Below, in pieces: positions 16,843-25,561 of a stretch of DNA of 29,299 nt. This stretch comes from Bryobacteraceae bacterium (GTDB taxonomy: Bacteria; Acidobacteriota; Terriglobia; Bryobacterales; Bryobacteraceae). The position numbers were made by a program, and so were the translations under genes. The stretch spans positions 1 to 29,299 of the forward strand of contig JBKJLJ010000107.1 in NCBI GenBank assembly GCA_046597015.1, written 5' to 3'. The notes under the pieces were generated by a model. It was not told where the DNA came from. It saw only the letters and a list, made by a program, of their open reading frames with translations, and made no database searches. Within the stretch, counting starts at the first letter, position 1; each line of letters starts with the position of its first letter.

Positions 16843-18101
16843 CTCTCCTCGCCCCTTTTCCGGCCAAAGCCACCGGCGTGGTGTGCTTCGCGTTAAGTCT
16901 TGCCCTTTGTGGCTGGATCAAATTCGATCCCAAAGCCGCGTCCGCCATACACCTTCCCCTCGCCTTGACCATCTTGATCTTAGTCGGCTTTTACATGGCC
17001 TGTCTCGTCGCTCGCGCCAAAGGGGCCGCCGAGCATACCGTCGATAGTTTCTTCTCCGTTTCTAATTCGCTGCTCTGTGTTCTCGGCTACGATGGCAACG
17101 CCCGGCGCCTCAATCGCGCTTGGGAGAAATTGCTCGGCGTCCCACTCAATACGCTCCAGTCCCAGCCTCTCTTCACCCTCATCCATCCCGACGACAGCGC
17201 CGCCACCGGCGAAACCCTTTGCCACATCGCCTCGGGCGACCACGTTACTAGCTTTGAAAATCGCATGCGGTGCGCCGATGGCTCCTATCGCTGGCTCGCA
17301 TGGAACGCCACCGCCGTCCCCGGAGAACGCAGCTTCTTCTGTACCGTAAAAGACATTACCGAACGCAAGCAAGAACAGATTTCCGACCAGACCGCCCACC
17401 TCTGTCTCCTCCGCTCGAATGATGACCTGGAACGCTTCGCCTTCATGGCCTCTCACGACCTCCAGGAACCGCTCCGCATGGTCGCCAGCTTCGCTCAACA
17501 ACTCGAAAAACACTACAAAGGCCGATTGGACGACCGGGCCGACCGGTACATCAATTATGTCGTCGACGGCGCTCTCCGGATGCAGAATCTCATCGGCTCC
17601 TTGCTCTCTTACGCCCGCCTCGAACAAAGCACACCCGTGTTCGCCAACATCCCCACCGAAAGCAGCCTGCGGAACGCCATCCACAATCTACAATCGGCCA
17701 TTCAGGAATCGAGCGCTGACATTACCTTCGCCCCCCTTCCCGTCCTGCACGCCGATGCCTCGCTACTCACCCATCTCTTCCAAAATCTACTCGCCAACTC
17801 CATAAAGTTTCATGGTTCCCAACCACCGAAAATCCATATCTCGGCTGAACGCCAAGGCCCCGATTGGATCTTCCAGGTCGAAGACCACGGCCTCGGTGTC
17901 CCCGCCAACGAATCCGAGCGCATTTTCGGGCTCTTTCAGCGCCTTCACTCCAAGTCCGAATACCCCGGCTCCGGCATGGGCCTCGCCATCTGCCAGAAGA
18001 TCCTCGAATACCACGGTGGCCGCATCTGGACCGACCCCTCCGCCGTCTCCGGAGCCCGCTTCCTCTTTAGCCTCAAATACCAAATGGACCCCCTCCCATG
18101 A
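16839..18101 (+). CDS. Membrane-anchored PAS sensor histidine kinase (bacteriophytochrome-type HisKA/HATPase core)
   Basis: ATGA overlap at 16839. Two TM segments; PAS (IHPDD...FENRMRCADGSYRWLAW...KDITERK); H-box ASHDLQEPLR; N-box LFQNLLANSIKF; G2 GSGMGLAIC. Confidence 0.92.
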   Translation: MTLLAPFPAKATGVVCFALSLALCGWIKFDPKAASAIHLPLALTILILVGFYMACLVARAKGAAEHTVDSFFSVSNSLLCVLGYDGNARRLNRAWEKLLGVPLNTLQSQPLFTLIHPDDSAATGETLCHIASGDHVTSFENRMRCADGSYRWLAWNATAVPGERSFFCTVKDITERKQEQISDQTAHLCLLRSNDDLERFAFMASHDLQEPLRMVASFAQQLEKHYKGRLDDRADRYINYVVDGALRMQNLIGSLLSYARLEQSTPVFANIPTESSLRNAIHNLQSAIQESSADITFAPLPVLHADASLLTHLFQNLLANSIKFHGSQPPKIHISAERQGPDWIFQVEDHGLGVPANESERIFGLFQRLHSKSEYPGSGMGLAICQKILEYHGGRIWTDPSAVSGARFLFSLKYQMDPLP

Positions 18102-18571
18102 TCCACGAATTCCATCCCTCCCGGCCAGTCGAAATCTTACTGGTCGAGGACAATCCGGCTGATGTCGAACTCACCATTGAGGCCCTCGAATCCGGCCGCC
18201 TTCTCAACCACGTCTCCCTGGCCCGCGACGGCATTGAGGCCATGGCCATCCTCCGTAAACAGCCTCCCTACGCCAGTTACCCCCGTCCTGATATCATCCT
18301 CCTCGACCTCAACTTACCACGCAAAGACGGTTTCTACGTTCTTGCCGAAGTCAAATCCGATCCCGCCCTCGCCACCATACCCATCGTCGTCCTCACCACC
18401 TCCAACTCCGATCGCGACATCGTCCGCAGCTACGACCTCAGCGCCAATTGCTATGTCTGCAAACCCGTCGAACTCGACGAATTCCTTAAATTCATCCGTA
18501 CCACCCAAGAGTTTTGGTTGCAGATCGTCCGGCTTCCGCCCCCGATTCCGGGCAGCGCGAACGCCACTTAA
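18098..18571 (+). CDS. Single-domain response regulator, Rcp1-like
   Basis: ATGA overlap. EILLVEDNPADVEL, LLDLNLPRKDG, VLTTS, SYDLSANCYVCKP, FWLQIVRLP. Confidence 0.93.
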   Translation: MIHEFHPSRPVEILLVEDNPADVELTIEALESGRLLNHVSLARDGIEAMAILRKQPPYASYPRPDIILLDLNLPRKDGFYVLAEVKSDPALATIPIVVLTTSNSDRDIVRSYDLSANCYVCKPVELDEFLKFIRTTQEFWLQIVRLPPPIPGSANAT

Positions 18572-18723
18572 GCTCGGCCAATCGGTTTCTGCACCGCTGG
18601 ATTCCAACCCACCTGCGCCGGAGCATAGAACACAATAAACCGCTTCTGGTTCCCCTCGTATACCCCCGGGATCTCCACGCGTGCCCCCGTGATAAACTCG
18701 GCGCCTAGCCGAGTCCTTCCACC

Positions 18724-20037
18724 ATGAACCGCCGCGACTTTTTCCTTCTCCCCCTTGCGGCCGCCGCGTCCACCCACCGCCGTCCCAACGTCATCTTCAT
18801 CCTGGCAGACGACCTCGGTTGGGGAGAGCTAGGCTGCTACGGAAACACCTTTAACCAGACACCCCATTTGGATCGGTTAGCGGCCGAAGGCGTCCGCTTC
18901 ACCCACGCCTACGCGGCCGCCCCGGTCTGTTCGCCTACCCGCACCTCCATCATGACCGGGCAGCACCCCGCCCGCATCGGGATCACCGATTACCTGCGCG
19001 CCGACGACCCCAATCACCTGCGTCCCACCGTCCCCAGCCTTCCCAGGATGTTCAAGCAAGCGGGTTACCGCACCGGCTTGATCGGCAAGTGGCACCTGAT
19101 GGGGGACTACCAAACCCGTCGAGGCGATCCTAAGTTACATGGCTTCGAAGAGGTGATCTGCTCGGAATCGAGTTACATCGGTCCCGGTTACTATTGGCAT
19201 CCCTATAAGCATCTGGCGGGCTTGCCTGCCCGCACCCCGGGCGAGTACCTCACTGACCGTCTGAATCAAGAGGGGGTCGACTTCATCGGGCGGAACGCCA
19301 AGCAGCCATTCTTCCTCTTCCTGGCCCACTACGCGCCCCACACGACCCTCGCTGGCAAGCCGGATCTGGTGGCGAAATACAAGGCGCTGCCCGGCGCCGG
19401 CAAGACGAAAAACAATCCGGTCCTGGCCGCCATGCTCGAGTCCATCGACCAGGGCGTCGGCATGATCCTCGGCGAACTCCGCCGTCAGGGGATCGACCGC
19501 GAGACCATCGTGATCTTTAACTCTGACAACGGTGGCGAGACCAATGTCACCACCAACGCCCATCTGCGAGGCGGAAAGTCACAGCTCTATGAGGGAGGCC
19601 TCCGTGTCCCCTTGCTGGCGCGTTGGCCCGGGAAGATTCCCGCCAGCGAAGTATCTTCCGCCCCGGTAGTGAGCACCGATCATTACCCCACACTGCTCGA
19701 GTTGGCGGAGGCGAAGCCTCCCGTCGGCCACAAGCTGGACGGACTCTCCATCGCCCCGCTACTGAAGAACCCGAAGAAGACGCCGAAGGAGCGCGAAATC
19801 GTCTGGTACTACCCGTTGGAAAAGGATCACTTCCTGGGCGGCAAGAGCGCCATGGCTATCCGGCGTGGTCCCTGGAAACTGATCGAATTCCTGCAAACCG
19901 GGGAAAAGCAGTTGTTCGACCTCAAGAACGATCCGTCGGAAAAACAGGATTTATCGGCGGCCAAACCAGACCTGGTGAACCAACTATGCCGGCGCCTCGC
20001 CGTATGGCGTCAGACCACGGTCAAGGAGTCTACGTGA
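18724..20037 (+). CDS. Formylglycine-dependent sulfatase (arylsulfatase A-like), Tat-like signal
   Basis: MNRRDFF; PNVIFILADDLG; CSPTR (CxPxR); GKWHL; SDNGG; KSQLYEGGLRVP. Confidence 0.93.
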   Translation: MNRRDFFLLPLAAAASTHRRPNVIFILADDLGWGELGCYGNTFNQTPHLDRLAAEGVRFTHAYAAAPVCSPTRTSIMTGQHPARIGITDYLRADDPNHLRPTVPSLPRMFKQAGYRTGLIGKWHLMGDYQTRRGDPKLHGFEEVICSESSYIGPGYYWHPYKHLAGLPARTPGEYLTDRLNQEGVDFIGRNAKQPFFLFLAHYAPHTTLAGKPDLVAKYKALPGAGKTKNNPVLAAMLESIDQGVGMILGELRRQGIDRETIVIFNSDNGGETNVTTNAHLRGGKSQLYEGGLRVPLLARWPGKIPASEVSSAPVVSTDHYPTLLELAEAKPPVGHKLDGLSIAPLLKNPKKTPKEREIVWYYPLEKDHFLGGKSAMAIRRGPWKLIEFLQTGEKQLFDLKNDPSEKQDLSAAKPDLVNQLCRRLAVWRQTTVKEST

Positions 20038-23000
20038 ATAGAATATTGCAAATGTCGCTCGCTGTGACGGTGCTGACTGCCGTCTCCATGTTCGCCCAAG
20101 GCACCACGGCCCAAATCGTCGGCACCCTCTCCGACCCCACCGGCGCGCCGGTACCCGGTGCCCTCGTGCGCGCCACCAATATCGATACCGGGAGTGCGCG
20201 GGAAACCAGGAGTAGTGACGCGGGCGCTTACGTGCTGCCCCTCCTACAACCAGGCCGATACCGCCTCGCGATCTCGAAGGACGGTTTCCGGCCCGTGTCG
20301 CGCATCGGGATCAACCTCATGGTGGATCAAGTCGCCCGCGCCGACCAACAACTGGAACTGGGCTCCCTCAACCAGGAAATCCAAGTCTCCGCCGCCGCGC
20401 CGCTACTCGAAACGGAGACCTCCGCGATTGGCCAGGTAGTCGATAGTGCCAAGATCCAAAGCATTCCGTTAAATGGCCGTAGCTCCTTCCGCCTGGTGCA
20501 GTTGACACCCGGACTCCTCGCCTCCCCAGCCGCGAACGGCCAGTTCGGCGACATCCCGGTCAACACGAATCAGGACTCTACGTTTTCGATCAACGGCGGT
20601 CGACAATTAAGCAACGAAATCCTCATCGATGGGGTGCCCAGCACGACCGGCCAATTCAATAGCATCACCACCATTCCTTCAATCGAAGCGACGCAGGAGT
20701 TCAAGGTGCAAAGCAGCAACCTCTCTGCCGAATGGGGCCGCTTCGGTGGGGGCGTCGTGAACGTCTCCACGCGCTCCGGCACCAATCAGGTGCATGGTGC
20801 GCTGTACGAATATCTGCGCAACAACGTCTTCGATGCCAATGAGTTTTTCAATAAGACCGCCGGCCTGTCGATTCCGCCCTTCCGCTTGAATCAATTCGGC
20901 GGTGCGGTCGGGGGCCCCGTGAAGATTGGAAAACTTTACGATGGCAAGAACCGAACCTTCTTCTTCACCGACTACCAGGGCACCCGCTATCGGCGCGGGG
21001 ACACGACGCGTTTCAGCCTGCCCACCGCGGCGCAGCGCGACGGAGACTTTTCGAGAACGCTAAATCAGGCCGGATCGTTGGTCACCGTCTACGATCCCTC
21101 CAGCACCCAGCCCGATCCGACTCGCGCCGGCCAATCCATTCGGATTCCCTTTGCCGGAAACAGGCTCCCGGCCAGCCGCATCGACCCGATCGCCCGCAAG
21201 CTGATGGCGTATTACCCGGAACCGAACTCGGCCGGCGAGCCGTTCACCGCTTTAAATAACTTTGGCAAAAATGCCAGCCGCAGCGTGGACCAAAATCAGC
21301 TCAGTGGCCGCGTGGACCACACGTTCACCAGCGCCTACCGGATGTTTGGCCGATTCGCGCACAACCGGACGGTGCTCGGGCAACCGGATTCCTTCGGCAA
21401 CGTCGCCACCTCGGGGAACGGCTCGGTGGGCGTCAGCCCGTTCCGCCAAACCACCTTCGCGCTTGACCATGCCGTCAACCTGAGTCCGACCTCGATCTTC
21501 AGTCTAAAATACGGCGTCGCCCGCTGGTATCAGGAACGCAAGACCCGCAGCTATGGCTTTGACCAACGCACTCTCGGCTATCCCGATGCGCTCGTCCGCC
21601 AGTTTCAAATCCCCGTTTTTCCCGCCATTGGGCTCGATCAGTACGACGGACTCGGCGGCCAAAGCTACTTCACGAGCGGCAACGACACCCACTCCATCAT
21701 CGGCGCCTGGACCAAGATCAGGGGCAAGCAGACATTAAAGATCGGTGGCGAGATGCGCCTTCGCCGCACCAATTTCATCCTCGCCCAAGGCGGCGGCGGG
21801 GCGTTCAACTTCGATCGCGCCTTCACTCGAGGCCCGAATCCCCTGCAGTTTTACGACAGCGCCGGCAACAGCATCGCCAGTCTCCTGCTCGGCACCGCCG
21901 CGTCTGGTTCCGTGCCCATTGTCTCCGGCGTGTCGGCCCAGAACTTTTACACCGGCGGCTACGTCCAAAGCGATTTCCGTGTCACGCCTCGTTTGGCGAT
22001 CAATGCCGGTCTGCGTTATGAAACGGAGTCCCCCTTCACGGAAAGATACAACTCACTCAACTACTTTGACCGGGATCTACCGTCGCCCGTGAAGAACCCC
22101 CAGTTCCCGGCCCTCACCGGAGGGTTGGTCTTTGCGAACCCCGGCCAGCGTAATGTCTGGCAATCGGATCGGATCAACTTCGCGCCGCGTTTGGGCTTTG
22201 CCTGGTCGGCGCTGCGGAAGACCGTAGTCCGGGGCGGCGGAGGCTTTTTCTTTGCCCCGGCCGAAACCTCGAATGTCGCGACGGCGTTCGCCTCGAATGC
22301 GGGTTACGCGGCCAATACGCCCTACGTCGCCTCGGTCGACGGTGGCCTGACGCCGTTTCGCACGCTTAGCAATCCCTACCCCGATGGCTTGGTGCCGCCG
22401 GTGCGGAATTCGCTGGGCGCGGCGACGTTTCTCGGGCAAGGGTTAGCCGTCTGGGATAACCGGCAAGTGATGCCCGTCACCTACCAATGGAACTTGGATC
22501 TGCAGCGCGAACTGCCGGGACAGATCTTGGTAGACGTAGCCTACGTAGGCAGCCGCGGAGTCCACTTGGCGTTCAAGAACCGGCAAATGAATGAACTCGA
22601 TCCGCAATATCTCAGCTTGGGTCCGGCGCTCAATCAGCAAGTGCCCAATCCCTTTTTCGGCTCGATCAACGTGGGCACGTTGGCCCAACGGACGGTCACG
22701 CGGCGGCAACTGCTGCTGCCGTTCCCTCAATTCACGAATGTCAACGTCATCAACATGACGATGGCCAATAGCATCTACCATTCGCTGCAGCTCAAGGTGG
22801 ATAAGCGCTTTTCAAAGGGCATGAGCATTCTGGTGGCCTACACCCTGAGCAAGTTGATTACGGACTCAAACAATACCGTCTCGAACAACGGCGGGCCCGC
22901 CGCCAACAATACGACCAATACGCAAAACTGGTACAACCTGCGCTCGGAACGAAGTCTGTCGGAGACGGACGTACCCCGAAACCTGGTGGTTAGCTTTGTC

Positions 23001-23501
23001 GCCGAATTGCCCTTTGGGCCAGGCAAGAGATTCTTCTCCGCGAGCCGGGGCGTAGGCGCCAGATTGGCCGCCGGCTGGCAATTGAATGGCATCACGTCCT
23101 ATCGCGCGGGTTTCCCATTGAGCATTTCGGCAAATATTGCCGGCGGCGGCAATCGTCCGAACAGCACGGGCCAAAGCGCGTCGCTCAGTTCGCCCACCCT
23201 GAACAAATGGTTTGATACAACGGCGTTTCTCCAGCCGGCCTCCTTTAGCTTGGGCAACGTGGGCCGCACCCTGCCGGACACGCGCGGGCCGGCGATTTTC
23301 AACCTGGATCTCTCCTTGCTCAAGAACGTCAAGCTTACCGAGCGAGCCCAACTCCAACTGCGCTTTGAGTACTTCAACGTCACCAACACTCCCCCGTTCG
23401 GACTGCCGAACACCGCGTTGGGCAGTGGCGCCTTCGGCCGGGTGCAATCGACCCTACTCCTCCCCAGGGTGGGTCAGGTGGCGGCGAAAATTATCTTCTA
23501 A
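20034..23501 (+). CDS. TonB-dependent outer-membrane receptor with carboxypeptidase-regulatory-like N-terminal domain
   Basis: GTG at 20034 with SD AAGGAG, overlapping the sulfatase stop. Signal peptide (MFA-Q); IVGTLSDPTGAPVPGA; plug SINGGR...IDG and EFKVQSSNLSAEWGR; barrel strands (LAINAGLRYE); terminal KIIF. Confidence 0.92.
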   Translation: MNRILQMSLAVTVLTAVSMFAQGTTAQIVGTLSDPTGAPVPGALVRATNIDTGSARETRSSDAGAYVLPLLQPGRYRLAISKDGFRPVSRIGINLMVDQVARADQQLELGSLNQEIQVSAAAPLLETETSAIGQVVDSAKIQSIPLNGRSSFRLVQLTPGLLASPAANGQFGDIPVNTNQDSTFSINGGRQLSNEILIDGVPSTTGQFNSITTIPSIEATQEFKVQSSNLSAEWGRFGGGVVNVSTRSGTNQVHGALYEYLRNNVFDANEFFNKTAGLSIPPFRLNQFGGAVGGPVKIGKLYDGKNRTFFFTDYQGTRYRRGDTTRFSLPTAAQRDGDFSRTLNQAGSLVTVYDPSSTQPDPTRAGQSIRIPFAGNRLPASRIDPIARKLMAYYPEPNSAGEPFTALNNFGKNASRSVDQNQLSGRVDHTFTSAYRMFGRFAHNRTVLGQPDSFGNVATSGNGSVGVSPFRQTTFALDHAVNLSPTSIFSLKYGVARWYQERKTRSYGFDQRTLGYPDALVRQFQIPVFPAIGLDQYDGLGGQSYFTSGNDTHSIIGAWTKIRGKQTLKIGGEMRLRRTNFILAQGGGGAFNFDRAFTRGPNPLQFYDSAGNSIASLLLGTAASGSVPIVSGVSAQNFYTGGYVQSDFRVTPRLAINAGLRYETESPFTERYNSLNYFDRDLPSPVKNPQFPALTGGLVFANPGQRNVWQSDRINFAPRLGFAWSALRKTVVRGGGGFFFAPAETSNVATAFASNAGYAANTPYVASVDGGLTPFRTLSNPYPDGLVPPVRNSLGAATFLGQGLAVWDNRQVMPVTYQWNLDLQRELPGQILVDVAYVGSRGVHLAFKNRQMNELDPQYLSLGPALNQQVPNPFFGSINVGTLAQRTVTRRQLLLPFPQFTNVNVINMTMANSIYHSLQLKVDKRFSKGMSILVAYTLSKLITDSNNTVSNNGGPAANNTTNTQNWYNLRSERSLSETDVPRNLVVSFVAELPFGPGKRFFSASRGVGARLAAGWQLNGITSYRAGFPLSISANIAGGGNRPNSTGQSASLSSPTLNKWFDTTAFLQPASFSLGNVGRTLPDTRGPAIFNLDLSLLKNVKLTERAQLQLRFEYFNVTNTPPFGLPNTALGSGAFGRVQSTLLLPRVGQVAAKIIF

Positions 23502-23689
23502 TGCTGAGTTAGGAGCCATTTTCACGTCCGGGCCTTCGCAAGGAAGCATTGTCCGATGGGTTGATCACAAGGAGCAAGCCTCAATGGAGTTGGCTCGGAT
23601 AGGCCTGCACTGCTGGTGGGTGCGGCAACAGAGCGGCAATCCGGAGCTGGTTCTTTGGCGGCGGCATCCTGTTAATCTAGTTCTTGATT

Positions 23690-24787
23690 GTGAAGAAATC
23701 TTTTCTATTCTTAACTAGCGTTCTGATTGTCGCGGCGGCCGAGCCGAAAGCCAAAAACGTTGTGGTATTCCTGGGCGATGCCGGCGGCATTCCAACCCTT
23801 CATGCGGCGAGCATTCATGGGTTTGGTACTCCAGGGAAGCTCTTCATCCAGCAGATGCCCCACATAGGATTATCCGAAACGTCGCCCGTGGGAGCTTGGG
23901 TTTCGGATTCGGCCGCCGGCATGACCGCGATCGTCACGGGACACAAGACAAAGAATTCCGTAATTTCGCAGTCGGCGGATGCGGTGCCGGGCAAAGCGGA
24001 CGGCGCTGCGTTGAAGACGATTCTGGAATATGCCGAAGAGCATGGCCTGTCCACGGGCGTCATTTCCAACATGTCGATGGCGGATGCGACGCCGGCGGCT
24101 TGCTACGCCCACTCCAACCACCGCCGAAAGTTCGCCGAGATCGTGGCGCAGATTGCGAAGCCGCGGTTTGGCGACGGCGTGGACCTCGTAATCGGCGGCG
24201 GGCGGAAGGGGATTTTCGCGGCGACCGCGAGCGCGGGGTACGACTTCCGCAAGGCATTGGGGGACAAGGGTTACGCGATGTACGATCGGCCCGAGGAGAT
24301 CCCGGCGGAGGCCAAACGAGTGGTGGCTCTGTTCGATGAACGCTTTGATCCAATGCCTGTCGTGAAACGGGCGATCGAGATTTTGTCGCGGAATCCAAAA
24401 GGGTATTTCTTAATGGTGGAGTGGGACATGCACACCGACAAGCTGCGTCCCGGGCTAGACCAGGCGGTCACGATGGATAAGCTGGTGCGGCAGACTGCGG
24501 GGCAGGTAAGTAGCCGGGATACGTTGATCCTGTTCACGGCGGACCATTCCTTCGATTTGCGCGTGCGAAGCGGAAAGCCGGGCGAGCCCCTGCTGCCCGT
24601 GACGCCACCCGAGGACGAAGCCACGGCGGCCGTGCGGATCAACAACACGCATACGGCGGAAGAGGTGCTGGTGGCGGCCATGGGACCCGGCGCGGCGCGA
24701 GTGAAGGGATATATGCCGAACACCCAGATCTTCCATATTTTGATGGCAGCGTATGGCTGGAAAGAGACGGGCGCGACTAAGCAGTAA
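23690..24787 (+). CDS. Alkaline phosphatase (PhoA-fold), compact atypical variant
   Basis: Signal peptide from GTG 23690. FLGDAGG, nucleophile SDSAAG, DATPAA, FLMVE, TADH, HTAEEV. TTG 23684 is an alternative start. Confidence 0.86.
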   Translation: MKKSFLFLTSVLIVAAAEPKAKNVVVFLGDAGGIPTLHAASIHGFGTPGKLFIQQMPHIGLSETSPVGAWVSDSAAGMTAIVTGHKTKNSVISQSADAVPGKADGAALKTILEYAEEHGLSTGVISNMSMADATPAACYAHSNHRRKFAEIVAQIAKPRFGDGVDLVIGGGRKGIFAATASAGYDFRKALGDKGYAMYDRPEEIPAEAKRVVALFDERFDPMPVVKRAIEILSRNPKGYFLMVEWDMHTDKLRPGLDQAVTMDKLVRQTAGQVSSRDTLILFTADHSFDLRVRSGKPGEPLLPVTPPEDEATAAVRINNTHTAEEVLVAAMGPGAARVKGYMPNTQIFHILMAAYGWKETGATKQ

Positions 24788-24825
24788 GCGTAAGGGAAGG
24801 CGCCCACCTTGGGCAACGCAAAATC

Positions 24826-25179
24826 TCAACCGGCAACGACGTAGATCTGCGCCGTTACTTCGCCCTCTGGCAAACGGATTGGTGTGACCACACGCCGGTA
24901 TTCAGGGCCTTCAAACTCGTCGAGCCGCGCCCAGTGATCACGCAGTTCCACTGACTCCAGAACGTAAACCTCCACCGGAGAACCTAATGGATCCAAGGTC
25001 AACCCAGGAAAGCCTAGCGCGGCTCCCCAGCCGTCGTCGCTCAGCTTGCCGAGCACCGTTCCGCGCTGCCAGCGTCCCTTCAGGTCCGCCAAATGGTGGT
25101 GATTCACCCGGCCTGGCGCTAAAGTTCCGTAGACGGCCAGACGCGGAACTTCATCTTCGCTGCAATCACGCTCGGACAT
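24826..25179 (-). CDS. Gamma-glutamylcyclotransferase (AIG2-like) family protein
   Basis: LAVYGTLAPG, GFPGL, VYVL, LDEFEGPEYRR, AQIYV. SD-like GGGGGAG upstream of ATG 25179. Confidence 0.88.
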   Translation of the reverse strand: MSERDCSEDEVPRLAVYGTLAPGRVNHHHLADLKGRWQRGTVLGKLSDDGWGAALGFPGLTLDPLGSPVEVYVLESVELRDHWARLDEFEGPEYRRVVTPIRLPEGEVTAQIYVVAG

Positions 25180-25204
25180 GCTGATTCGCTCCCCCCACTC
25201 CATT

Positions 25205-25312
25205 ATGATCATCCCCGACGACGGCGAGCCTTTGACTCGATTTGCAAATGAAATCAAAACGACAATGAAAGCCGGCGGCCTCACCACCAACCTCAACCAG
25301 TCCACACGCTAG
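25205..25312 (+). other. Small ORF or degenerate short-peptide gene (…IKTTMKAGGLTTNLNQSTR)
   Basis: 35-codon ORF from ATG 25205. One added A after ATG 25248 gives the 21-aa peptide MKIKTTMKAGGLTTNLNQSTR. No SD. Confidence 0.35.
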
Positions 25313-25561
25313 TCTCTGGCCTTTATCCCTCAAGACCCTCCGTCGACTGACATCCACCCACGGACGCGTTCGCCCCTCCGCTCTATGTCGTTAACCTATT
25401 GATCGATAGGCAACTTATGGGCAAAATGGCCCCTAATTAGGACCTCGGCGACCTGCCCAAAGCGGCCTAACTCGCCACCTAGACCTCTTACCCCCAACGG
25501 CTACGGGAAACTCAGGTCCGTTTTGCAATATTCCCTTAGCTCCAAACAGATTTGCCTTAGT

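Noticed and set aside
16839-18101. Calling the kinase a bacteriophytochrome
   Set aside because: Only the kinase core is of that type; there is no GAF-PHY photosensory module.
18696-18714. Hairpin ACTCGGC-GCCTA-GCCGAGT, and a weaker GCCCA-CCT-TGGGC at 24802-24814, as terminators
   Set aside because: Short stems with no U-tract on either strand; not enough to call intrinsic terminators.
19623-20033. 137-aa N-terminal extension of the TonB receptor in the ORF track
   Set aside because: It overlaps the sulfatase. GTG 20034 has an SD, a GTGA overlap and a proper signal peptide.
23584-23718. 44-aa ORF with SD AAGGAG upstream of the phosphatase
   Set aside because: Odd composition, overlaps the phosphatase start, and no recognisable family. 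It cannot be supported without homology or Ribo-seq data.
25419-25470. Partial resemblance to a c-di-GMP-I riboswitch (GGGCAAA ... CAAAGCGGCCTAA)
   Set aside because: The GNRA-capped P2 hairpin and P3 pairing are not evident. An Infernal scan with the Rfam c-di-GMP-I model would settle it.
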